Below, one piece after another: positions 24,426 to 35,470 of a DNA stretch of 42,492 nt. A program made the translations under genes and the position numbers. The notes beneath the pieces are model-generated. The model ran no database searches. It was not told where the DNA came from and was given only the letters and a program-made list of their open reading frames with translations. Position 1 is the stretch's first letter. Each line of letters begins with the position of its first letter. Location: assembly GCA_032718475.1 (NCBI GenBank), contig JAUCBJ010004121.1:1-42492 (forward strand), in the 5' to 3' direction. The DNA is from Nemertoderma westbladi (lineage: Eukaryota; Animalia; Xenacoelomorpha).

Positions 24426-25508
24426 CACTGTGTCACAGAATAATAGTGTCGTAATTCAGTGACACCACCCCACCCCCCCCCCCCCCCCCCCCCCCCTAAT
24501 TTTTATACAAATCTTAATTAATGAGATTGCATGAAATTTGAAACAGAGATAGTTTCACCTTCCGACCACTGACTGGGTGAGCCAGAATTTTTATTTTTGC
24601 TTTCAATCTTTAGCTACAAGTGTTTAATAAAAGTGTATCTGGCGATATAGCACCAGTCCCGCCGTAGTTATTATTTTACCTTATATGTGTGTTGGTACCA
24701 CTGGAAGAAAAACATTTTCAATTTCGTTGAAAAATAGCTGAGATACAGTACATATGAGCGTTCAAATGTTGTATGGTTTTGCACCGGCGCGAGGCTATTT
24801 TATTATATTTAATAAATACACCATATTCTGGAACATTTTGTTAATGTATGAATAGCTACGTAATAGAATGATTAAAGATGTAATGCATTGTTGCCCAGCT
24901 ACGTATTTGGATAAACAAAATACTCGAATACTCCGAGATATAAATAACTGTAATCGCTCCGGGTTTAATTAGTGGTCTGGATTGCGTTATCTTTTAATTA
25001 AATTATGTTTTAACTTGCTGTTTTACTTATTGCTGTGCTATTTTTAAATTCAGGTTTTGTTGTTGCGTTTCTCTTCTTAATTGTTGGCATGTCCGAATTT
25101 AATAGAACAATAATAATAATAAAAATGTTCCAGAATATGGTGTATTTATTATTATTAATAGAATAAAATAGCCTCGCGTCGTTGCAAAACCAAGCAACAT
25201 TTGAACGCTCATATCTCAGCTATTTTACGACGAAATTCAGATTGTAATACATATTTGGAATCCTTGCAGGGCCAGCTTTCGGTCAATATCAACTAATCTC
25301 TATAAGGTTAAAGAATAACTGCGGTGTAACTGGTGTGATATCGACGGAGACACTTTTTTTAAACTCTTGTAGCTAAAGATTGAAAGCAAAAATAAAAATT
25401 CTGGCTCACGCAGCAAGGAGGAGGGAGGTGAAACTACTTATGTTTCAAATTCCATGCAATCTCATTACGATTTGTTAAGATTACGACACTATATTCTGGG
25501 ACATGGTG
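24426..25508. mobile_element. MITE with ~415-bp imperfect TIRs and TA TSD (Tc1/mariner-type)
   Basis: TA|cactgtgtcacagaataatagtgtcgtaat... versus ...attacgacactatattctgggacatggtg|TA. Internal inverted matches include gagccagaatttttatttttgctttcaatctttagctacaag / cttgtagctaaagattgaaagcaaaaataaaaattctggctc and ccatattctggaacatttt / aaaatgttccagaatatgg. Confidence 0.85.
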
Positions 25509-25894
25509 TACCCATAAACATTATTTTTTGTAGTAGCTAGTTTTTTCTACTTATTTTAAAAATGATCTACAGTATATGACATGTTAGCTATTTTCGGTGA
25601 TAAAATATTATTATAGAAGGCCAACAGATATCAAAAATTCAAACAACATTCATTCAACAGCATTCAAAAATTTGACAAACTTACTTTAATTAACTTTAAT
25701 TTGACAATTTCACAACTTATATATTATGCCATCTATTATATAATTATCTATATTCTGGTCTCATACCAAACAATCGATCATTCGAAGACAGAAACGGACA
25801 GCGGAAAGGTTATTGAGATCCACCTATCCGAATTTCGTTGGAGATAACAAAAAAACCACCATTTATGGACTTGATTGATCAAATAAAATTGGTC

Positions 25895-26024
25895 TAAACG
25901 TTGTGCCGACAGTGTCGGCATAACGTTGTGCAGACAGTGTGCAGATAATGTGCTGAGTGTCGGCGTTACGTTATGCCGACACTGTCAGAACAACGTAACG
26001 CCGACACTGTCGGCACAACGTTTA
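25895..26024. repeat. 130-bp palindromic (foldback) element with internal repeats
   Basis: taaacgttgtgccgacagtgtcggc ... gccgacactgtcggcacaacgttta form a perfect 25-bp inverted pair. Confidence 0.8.
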
Positions 26025-26214
26025 CACACAAATAAAATCATATTTACGAGTAAGATTATAATCACAATAATATTTATACCAAAAACTTTGTATTTTTATT
26101 TATACTTTTTAACCTTTTTATTTTTTATTTAAACTTTTTATTTGTATTTGTACCAAAAACTTGTTTATGGTACACATACGATAGTAGTTTCTACTGTAGT
26201 TCTAGTTAGTATTA

Positions 26215-29060
26215 ATTCTGAGAGTACTCCTAAGTCATCAGCAAAGTCTAGATCAGTAAGGTACTTGACAGGACTTCTGGAGCCAGTAGGTGGAGTTACC
26301 ATCACCCCATCATCATTATCATCATTAAGTTAGCATCTGCAGAAACAGTTCCTGTATACCGTCGAAACAGGAAACGGGCCCCCTGGACTGACAACAAAAT
26401 TCAGAAGTGCCGAAATGACCTCTATAAGGCGCAGAAAGAGTTCCGACTCAAACAGACTACAGCGGCCAAGAATGCAGTTATGGCTGCATCTAAGTCCCTG
26501 AACAGGCAGTACTCTGTTAATTTACAGGAGCTAATAAACCAACAGGTTGATGCCATCAATGATGCTGACGACAGCAGGCAATCATCCCAGGCATGGAGAT
26601 CGATCAACTTACTTGCTGGTCGAAAAAGCCAACCAACCACCAAGGTTAAGGCTGAATCACCAGCCGATCGCCTCAATGGTTGGAAGACCCACTTTGAAAA
26701 GCTCCTCAATAATGACAGGGTATTGCCTGATAACTTTATAGAAGTAAAAGTGTCTGAGTCTGTACTCCCAGATATTCCCATTGGTGATATCTCCTTTGCA
26801 GAAGTGAAGGCTGCTGCAAAGAGCATTAAGACCAATCGTGCCAGTGGAGTAGATGGTGTTCCCCCTGAGGTCTTTAAAATACCTGTGTGTTTAAAGCTCA
26901 TCTATCCCATCATAGTAGACATGTACCGAACAACAAGAGTCCCACAAGAAATGAAAACAAATAAGTTGGTGCCAGTTCCCAAGAAGGGCAACCTAACACT
27001 CTATGGTTCTTTTCGGGGAATCTCATTGATTTCGATTGCTGCAAAGCTATACAATAGAATTCTATTAAATCGCATCAGGGATCCCATTGAGAGACTGCTC
27101 CGTGGAAATCAGAATGGGTTCCGTAAAGGTCGTGGGACCATGGAGCCCATTTTGGCACTTAGAAGGATAATTGAAGAGTTATCAAAAAAGAAAGACAGGC
27201 ATCTGGCTGTTATCTTTGTTGACTTCTTCAAGGCCTGTCATTCAGTCTCTCGCTCACGTATGTTCAGTATACTTTCATTATATGGGATTCCTGATGAAAT
27301 TATTGCAGCAATCAGATCAGTATACGATGGTTCGACAACATTTGTGTCTACTGTTGACGGTGACACAGAACCATTTGAAGTGTTATTGTTATTGTTCATA
27401 ATTGTTGTTGACTATGTTCTACGCATGTCCTTAGATCATCATAATGATGATGGGGTGATGATAACTCCACCTACTGGCTCCAGAAGTCGAGGAAATCCCG
27501 CCAAGTACCTAACTGATCTAGACTTTGCTGATGACTTAGGAGTACTCTCAGAATCACTAGAGGGAGCCCAACGGCTCCTCAGCTCATTAGAACATGCTGC
27601 TTCTAGTGTTGGTCTTTTTATTAACTCCAGAAAGACCAAAATTTTGACAGTTAACTTTGAAAGTCCTCAGCAAGTCTCTGATCGGATGATCATAAGCTCA
27701 AAAGATGGTATGCTTGAGCATGTGGATGACTTCTGTTACCTGGGATCATGGATCCGGAAGTCAGGTGAGGACCTTCGAATACATAAGGGAAAGGCATGGG
27801 CAGCCTTGAATAGGCTTTCCAGGATTTGGAAGTCAACGAGAATTAATCGGAAACTTAAGGTCCGATTATTTAGAGCAGCAGTAGTTCCAGTACTCCTCTA
27901 TGGGTGTCCATGCTGGGCTCTAACTGCTGAGGACACCAAATCTCTGGATGGCACATTCACAAGAATGATACGCCGGGTTCATTGTGTCAAGTACATTGCA
28001 GACATCTCCAACCAGACACTATATAACATTGGAGGTGTCTCATTGGTTCCCCCAAGCTTAACACTAGAACAAAATCGCTCCCGCTTTGCAGGACATTGCT
28101 TTCGCCGTGAGGACCAGCCAGTGCATAATCTTGTACTTTGGCAGCCTCATGGAGTGAATAAGCATGGTGGACAGCCCATGACTTTCTTGAGACGCATCTT
28201 AAAGGACACTGGCCTTGAAGATGCGGATGATCTAGTAAATGTCTTTTGTGATAGGGAGTTGTGGCGGTGCAATTTTGTCGATAAGCCGGCACAGCATTCT
28301 TAAAAATGCAGCTGCAATGCAGCATGCCGATCCTAGTAGTAACATCATTATGATGATCTAAGGACATGCGTACATAGAACATAGTCAACCACAATTATGA
28401 ACAAGAATGGTGCAAGTGTGTCTCCTTGGAGGACGCCCCATAACACTTCAAATGGTTCTGTGTCACCGTCAACAGTAGACACAAATATTGTCGAACCATC
28501 GAAAAACTGATCTGATTGCTGCAATAATTTCATGAGGAATCCTATATAATGAAAGTATGCTGAACATACGTGAGCGAGAGACTGAATCAAAGGCCTTGAC
28601 GAAGTCAACAAAGATAACAGCCAGATGCCTGTCTTTCTTTTTTGATAACTCTTCAATTATCCTTCTAAGTGCCAACATGGGCTCCATGGTCCCACAACCT
28701 TTACGGAACCCATTCTGATTTCCACGGAGCAGTCTCTCAATGGGATCCCTGATGCGATTTAATAGAATTCTATTGTATAGTTTTGCAGCAATCGAGATCA
28801 ATGAGATTTTCCGAAAAGAACCATAGAGAGTTAGGTAGTCTCTTCTTAGGCACCAACTTCTGCAAAGGAGATATCACCAATGGGAATATCTGGGAGTACA
28901 GACTCAGACACTTTTACTTCTATAAAATCGGGCAATACCCTGTCATTATTGAGGAGCTTTTCAAAGTGGGCCTTCCAACCATTGAGGCAATCGGCTGGTG
29001 ATTATACCTTAACCTTGGTGGTTGGTTGGCTTTACCGCCCAGTAAGCAAGTTGATCGAGT
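26215..29060 (-). mobile_element. Older RTE-clade LINE copy (minus strand, fragmented), split by a plus-strand copy of the same family
   Basis: Pieces 26215-26319 and 28343-29060 are reverse complements of adjacent parts of the plus copy (about 27441-27555, and 26600-27450 with an internal deletion). This copy keeps DFVKAFDSV and GVLQGDTLAPFLF. Confidence 0.85.
26333..28342 (+). mobile_element. 5'-truncated RTE-clade LINE (RT ORF 26480-28303), catalytically defective
   Basis: RT motifs VPVPKKG, FRGISL, QNGFRKGRGT, DFADD, FCYLGS, VLLYGC and RFAGHCFR. Short 3' UTR ending tagtagtaa. CATCATTAT is duplicated at 26311-26319 and 28343-28351. The QGD motif is deleted. Confidence 0.9.
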
Positions 29061-29328
29061 TATTTTTGTTAATGAGTGTTCAAGAACATTACTAAAAAAA
29101 TGTAATGTTCTAGAACGAAATATATTTTTTCAAGAACATTAATTTTTTCTTTATGAATAGCTAACATGCTGTAGAAAACATTTAAAAAAACTGGACAAAA
29201 CTAGCCACCATGCACTTTTTAAATAAAATGTAAATTTCAGCACGAATAGAAATAACTGAGAAAATAATAATTATGAAAAAAGAAATAACGAAGAAATAAC
29301 TTTTGATGTACATACCGCAGTCCTTCAG

Positions 29329-29851
29329 TATATATACAGAGACAAAAGCAAACCCGAGAACATTTTATATATACAGAGACAAAAGCAAACCCGAGAACAT
29401 TTTATATATACAGAGACAAAAGCAACCCCGAGAACATTTTATATATACAGAGACAAAAGCAACCCCGAGCACAAGAACATTTTAGATATACAGAGACAAA
29501 AGCAACCCCGAGAACATTTTATATATACAGAGACAAAAGCAACCCCGAGAACATTTTATATATACAGAGACAAAAGCAACCCCGAGAACATTTTATATAT
29601 ACAGAGACAAAAGCAACCCCGAGAACATTTTATATATACAGAGACAAAAGCAACCCCGAGAACATTTTATATATACAGAGACAAAAGCAACCCCGAGAAC
29701 ATTTTATATATACAGAGACAAAAGCAACCCCGAGAACATTTATATATACAGAGACAAAAGCAACCCCGAGAACATTTTATATATACAGAGACAAAAGCAA
29801 ACCCGAGAACATTTTATATATACAGAGACAAAAGCAACCCTGAGAACATTT
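29329..29851. repeat. 37-bp tandem repeat (~14 units)
   Basis: Unit atatatacagagacaaaagcaaccccgagaacatttt. Confidence 0.96.
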
Positions 29852-29910
29852 TGTTTTTGCCAATTTCTATACCAAAAATAGTCTAAATCCCATGTACTGC
29901 AGTTAATTAA

Positions 29911-32900
29911 ATGGAAGACTATTTAGATCAGTATTATAGGAGAAATGGAATGAACCCAGAGAAAATAAGACATGCAGCAAATACGAGGTCTTATATTGGC
30001 AATCTGATAAAAACATCTAATCAACAATGTGCCGATTGCCCCGTAACCGGTGCAGCCTCCACAAGACAAGACCCACTTCTAACACTGGTGCTTAGATCCT
30101 GGCTTTTCTTTTATATACATTATATTATATTATATATTATTATTATATTATATATATTATATTTCTTTTATATATTATAATTTTTTGTACAAAATGGAAT
30201 AATTTTAACTGGAAAAGTCACGATCTAAGCCCAAGTCACTACTATCGAGTTATTCTGATAAATTTGGTGTGTTTTTTTGCAATAAATGCTCTAAGGACCA
30301 CCAAAAACATGAAGGTGGAATTGTGAGAAAGCTGAATTCAGAGCATGGACGGTTCAACTGGAGCCTTGATAAATGCGAAGAGATGCGAGAAATCATTTCC
30401 AATTCCAAAGCAATTGAACAAAATAAGTTTCTGGAACAGTATTTACCGGTGTACTATCCCAGACCTAGAAACATACCCATTGACGTTCCGTTCGTAAGAA
30501 ATCAGTGGTTCTTTGACAAATATGAAAAGAGACGATTCTCTAGAAAGGAAAGCGCCTTTCAATTCTTTGAAAAGTACCGATATTCCAAATTGCCGCTTGC
30601 ATTGAAAAGCGACTTAATGGTCATTAGAGACAAATACATTTTATTATCTAAGTTTTCTGAGAAGCCGCCGACAACCTTTCGTCTCACCTATCGCTACCAT
30701 ATATCTAGAATATTAAACTTCCTCAGAAATAAACCTTTCCTTCGATTGGTGTTTACAGATAGGTTTCCTTTTGAAACCAACCATACAGGTCTGGTTATAT
30801 TTTCTGGATCCAAAGCAAACGAAAATATATATAAAAATGATAGGATATATTTGTGTCCAGAACATTCCAACGAAGCTATGGAATTATATTTGGGAATAAA
30901 AATGCAACAGCGAGAAAGTATCCTTAATTACAATATGGAAAATGTAACATCGCGAAAACATTCACTTATCGGAGAAGAGGTATGTAGGCCTATGTAGTGG
31001 CTGTACTGGTACTACAGTAGGTCCATCGAGTATTTATTTTATTATTTTTTTTACTGAACCTAAATAAATATATGATGGGCCTGAGCGGCCAGTTTTGTAA
31101 TCTTTTTTTTTGTTTCCCCGCCTTTTGCAAACTCGTTCGAACGACTTTACAAAACTCGGGGAAACAAATCTAATTGGCTGGAGTTGTTTCTATATCAACG
31201 GATATTCATTGACTCGATTGAAATTTGTTTCCATAATTTAGCTTATCAGATAGGAGACATGAGCAACTATTATATTTTGGAAATCAATTAGATTTGTTTC
31301 CCCGAGTTTTGTAAAGTCATTCGAACGAGTTTGCAAAAGGCGGGGAAACAAACTTGATTGGATGTTTGTTGTAATACTGTAGGAACCACTCCAGTCAATT
31401 AGATTTGTTTTCCCGGGTTTTGTAAAGTCGTTCGAACGAGTTTGCAAAAGTCGGGAGGACAAAAAAAGATTACAAAACTGGCCGCTCAGGGCCAACATAT
31501 AAACCACTACTAGTAAACACTACGATAAACAGGCTCTCTTTATGATACATAATAATATTATTATGTAATTATATGTCAACTAATGGCGGGATATCGAGTC
31601 AATAATAGTCGATAGACAAATATGTAGGAAAAAACACAAGGGATAGGCCCTACCCTCGGGTAGCAGCTATCGAAAGAGGAGCCTTCGGGTCGCCTCCGGC
31701 CTTGACCGACTGTTTGCTATATTTGAAAGGTCGATACAGTTTAGTATAGTAAGTATACTACAGTATAAACCTACAACTACTACTACTGTAGGTCGATAGT
31801 GTATAGTATAGTACTGTACTAGGCCTACTATTAATAGGTGGATACTACAGTACTACTATAATTGGCCTGCTGCATTAAAAACTGCACATTGAGATGCTAT
31901 GCTGGCTTACAAAATTATTTTGCCACCACCATGCAATCCACAATTGGCAAGCCCAATACATCGTGCATTAAGAATGCTGTGCCGGCTCATCAACAAAGTT
32001 GCACCGCTACAAATCCCTATCCCCCATGACTTTCGCGAGATTATCCGCATCTTCAAGGCCAGTGTCCTTTAAGATGCGTCTCATGAAAGACATGGGCTGT
32101 CCACCATGCTTATTCACTCCATGAGGCTGCCAAAGTACAAGATTGTTGGGATTGTGCATAGGCTGGTCCTCATGGCGAAAACAATTCCCTGCAAAGCGGA
32201 GGCGGCTTTGTTCAGTCTAGTGTCAAGCATTGTACTTGACACAGTTAACCCGGCGTAGAATTCTTGTGAATGTGCCATCCAGAGATTTTGTGTCTTCAGC
32301 AGTTAGAGCTATAGAGGAGTATTGGAACTACTGCTGCTCTAAATAATCGGACCTTAAGTTTCCGATGAATTCTGTTTGACTTCCAAATCCTTGAAAGCCC
32401 ATTCAAATTTTATGTATTTTATTTTTTTATTTAGTTCAGTTTATTTATTGCACAAATTCATATCAACGAATCAACCCATATTAAAACTATAGCACATTAA
32501 TGTTAAAATAGTAAAATAGTTTAATTAAGTTGCCGTTTTTTAAATAAAAAAATTTGAGTTTCTTTATTAAAAATAGAGCCACTCAAAGCTACTCAAAGCT
32601 GCCCATGCCTTTCCTTATCTTTAGGATCCCTGATGCGATTTAATAGAATTCTATTGTATAGCTTTGCAGCAATCGAGATCAATGAGATTCCCCGAAAAGA
32701 ACCATAGAGTGTTAGGTTGCCCTTCTTGGGAACTGGCACCAACTTATTTGTTTTCATTTCTTGTGGGACTCTTGTTGTTCGGTACATGTCTACTATGATG
32801 GGATAGATGAGCTTTAAACACTCAGGTAATTTAAAGACCTCAGGGGGAACACCATCTACTCCACTGGCATGATTCGTCTTAATGCTCTTTGCAGCAGCCT

Positions 32901-35144
32901 TCACTTCTGCAAAGGAGATATCACCAATGGGAATATCTGGGAGTACAGACTCAGACACTTTTACTTCTATAAAGTTATCAGGCAATACCCTGTCGTTATT
33001 GAGGAGCTTTTCAAAGTGAACCTTCCAACCATATGGAGGCGATCGGCTGGTGATTCTGCCTTAACCTTGGTGGTTGGTAGGCTTTTCCGCCCAGTAAGCA
33101 AGTTGATTGATTTCCATGCCTGGGATGATTGCCTGCTGTCGTCAGCATCATTGATGGCATCAACCTGTTGATGCAGCCTTAACTGCATTCTTGGCCGCTG
33201 TAGTATGTTTGTGTCGGGACTCTTTCTGCGACTTATAGAAAGGTCATTTCGGCTCAGGTGGATACAGTATACTGTACTGTACTACTGTACAACTAATAAT
33301 AGGTGGTAATCCTTTCTATTGTGTCTTCGTGGGCCGCGCTCATCAAGCAGACGCCCGGTTCACCACGATATTGTGAAGACCAGACGCCCGGTTCACCACG
33401 ATATTGTGGAGACCAGACCCCTGGTTCACCACGATATTGTGGAGACCAGACGCCCGGTTCACCACGATATTGTGGAGACCAGACGCCCGGTCCACGACGA
33501 TATTGTGAAGACCAGACCCCTGGTTCACCACGATATTGTGGGGACATCCATCATGCTATCAGATGCTGACACCGCAACCGCAACTTCGGTTCAATCTTAA
33601 ACAGACAGATTGACCACGTTGATCGTAAACAGACAGAGCCAGTAGGCCTAACTGTACAAACTGCAGTATTGTTGCTTGGTAACGGGGTGGTGACGGATGT
33701 TAGTTGCTAAGAGCTTAATGTTGCATATAAATTATATTATTATTATTATTATAGTGAAATAAATCCACAAAAAAAATATAATAGGTTGATACAGTATAGT
33801 ACATACACTACTATACTACTATACACTACTACATTCTATAGTACTATGTGGATACCCGTAGTACTGTAATGTTTGTTCCCGTTACTAAGGAAACTTACTG
33901 TTTGTTCCCGTTACTAAGGGCGCTTAATGTTTGTTCCCGTTACTAAGGACGCTTACTGTTTGTTCTTGTTACTAAGGACGCTTACTGTTTCTTCCCGTTA
34001 CTAAGGACGTTTACTGTTTGCTCCCGTTACTAAGGACGCTTACTGTTTGTTCCCGTTACTAAGGACGCTTACTGTTTGTTCTTGTTACTAAGGACGCTTA
34101 CTGTTTGTTCCCGTTACTAAGGATGCTTACTGTTTGCTCCCGTTACTAGGACGCTTACTGTTTGTTCCCGTTACTAAGGACGCTTCCTGTTCGTTCCCGT
34201 TACTAAGGACGTTTACTGTTTGCTCCCGTTACTAAGGACGCTTACTGTTTGTTCCCGTTACTAAGGACGCTTACTGTTTGCTCCCGTTACTAGGACGCTT
34301 GCTGTTTGTTCCCGTTACTAAGGACGCTTACTGTTCGTTCCCGTTACTAAGGACGTTTACTGTTTGCTCCCGTTACTAAGGACGCTTACTGTTTGCTCCC
34401 GTTACTAAGGACGCTTACTGTTTGTTCCCGTTACTAAGGACGCTTACTGTTTGTTCCCGTTACTAAGGACCCTACTGTTTGTTCTTGTTACTAAGTACGG
34501 TTATTGTTTGTTCACTTTACTAACTCATTTAATCATAATTATTTATTGCATGATAAATAATGTATGACATTATTTTCACTATAGATAGGGGCCTACTCGA
34601 TATATTTATTTACCGAGCGTAGCGAGGTTAATAAAGAATCGAGAGCATAGTGAAAATATGTTACATGTTATTTTCTCGACCCTTTATTAGCCTCGCCGAT
34701 GCTTAGTAAATAAAATACCTCGAGAATAGTGAAACAAAGTTCTACTTTTTTCCCATGTAATACAATAAACATATTTTTATATTATTCGAGGTGGATCGCG
34801 GTTTTAGTTTCGCTCATGAAGGAGAGATGTTCGATTGCCGATCGAAGAATAAAAAGTCTCAGAAGTTCTGGTACGAATTGGATTTGTACGGCGACCACCC
34901 ACCAGTGTTGATGGTTCTGCCACACCGATTCGCATTGAAACCTACTTATGTTTATTATCTTCGTCAGGCGATTAATATGGTAAAACTTGATACAAGTAAC
35001 TACCAACATCGACACGGGTTAGGCATACATATAACTTATGTTGGTGGTTTAAATTTATATCTTCGAGTTTATTTCGAATCTTCGATGGTTCGAGATAAAT
35101 GTGAATACGCGTGGCAAGAATACAGATTAGACAGACAAAGTTAA
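29911..35144 (+). CDS. Divergent ADAP/centaurin-alpha-like protein (ArfGAP zinc finger + two PH domains), spliced. Proposed exons ~29911-30042, ~30230-30979 and 34791-35144
   Basis: NQQCADC (30028-30039) plus FGVFFCNKCSKDHQ...VRKL...W....EEM...SN...FLE..LPVYYPRP...RNQWFFDKYEKRRF resembles the ADAP1 ArfGAP domain (FYYRP...REQWIRAKYERQEF). A PH-like segment follows (NHTGLVIF...RIYLCPEHSNEAMELY). A phase-0 donor GAG|GTATGT at 30980 matches a phase-0 acceptor AG|GTG at 34790, giving a second PH-like exon (FAHEGEM...KFWYELD...HGLGIHITY). The first intron or insertion boundaries are uncertain. Confidence 0.65.
31070..31500. mobile_element. MITE with ~115-bp TIRs and an internal third partial copy
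   Basis: atatgatgggcctgagcggccagttttgtaatc...gcaaactcgttcgaacgactttacaaaac versus gttttgtaaagtcgttcgaacgagtttgc...gattacaaaactggccgctcagggccaacatat. Extra copy at ~31285-31350. Confidence 0.85.
31655..31720 (+). mobile_element. 3' tail fragment of the same SINE family as 10001-10213 (or of its partner LINE)
   Basis: ctatcgaaagaggagccttcgggtcgcctccggccttgaccgactgtttgct matches the SINE 3' end ctatcgaaagaggagccttctgggcgcccccggcttcggccgactgtttgct. Confidence 0.75.
31965..33255 (-). mobile_element. Third, decayed copy of the RTE family in two blocks (31965-32405 and 32622-33255)
   Basis: Reverse complement of about 27805-28303 and about 26410-27085. ORF 32593-32985 is nearly identical to part of the 607-aa RT ORF. 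Confidence 0.88.
33348..33541. repeat. 33-bp tandem repeat (~6 units)
   Basis: Unit agaccagacgcccggttcaccacgatattgtgg. Confidence 0.93.
33870..34512. repeat. 29-bp tandem repeat (~22 units)
   Basis: Unit tgtttgttcccgttactaaggacgcttac. Confidence 0.95.
34572..34734. repeat. Imperfect foldback element
   Basis: ttttcactat..ctcga..tttatttaccgagc..gcgaggttaataaag..tcgaga pairs with tctcga..ctttattagcctcgc..gcttagtaaataaa..tcgag..atagtgaaa. Confidence 0.55.
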
Positions 35145-35470
35145 TGAAATCTTTCGAAATAAAAGAGGTGCAACTAAGAACTAATTGTTTGGCTAATGAA
35201 TTATGTGCTACTGATTTATATAATACTTCACCTTCGCTCGTAAAATAAACAAACTCACTCTGAGTAAAAAACGGCAATATATTTTTACAAATAATAAATA
35301 TTTATTTATTTATTATTTTTAGACCAACGTCAACATTAGTTCCTCTGGAAACTCAGTTAGTTTATTAAGCTCTGTTTGCAGTAGGGTAAGGAATAATCGA
35401 ACCAAAAATAATTAATTAACCTCAAAACCAGTATACAGACGAACAACTCCCAGAATATGTTATTGTATCA

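Noticed and set aside
24468-24496. Poly-C tracts (also ~9110-9136) as regulatory G-quadruplexes
   Set aside because: Simple homopolymer expansions inside decayed transposons with no supporting context.
26480-28303. Active retrotransposon or novel RT system
   Set aside because: It is 5'-truncated with no endonuclease, the QGD motif is deleted, and it is an ordinary RTE-type sequence.
33293-33600. Short repetitive ORFs on both strands
   Set aside because: Artefacts of the 33-bp tandem repeat inside the inferred intron.
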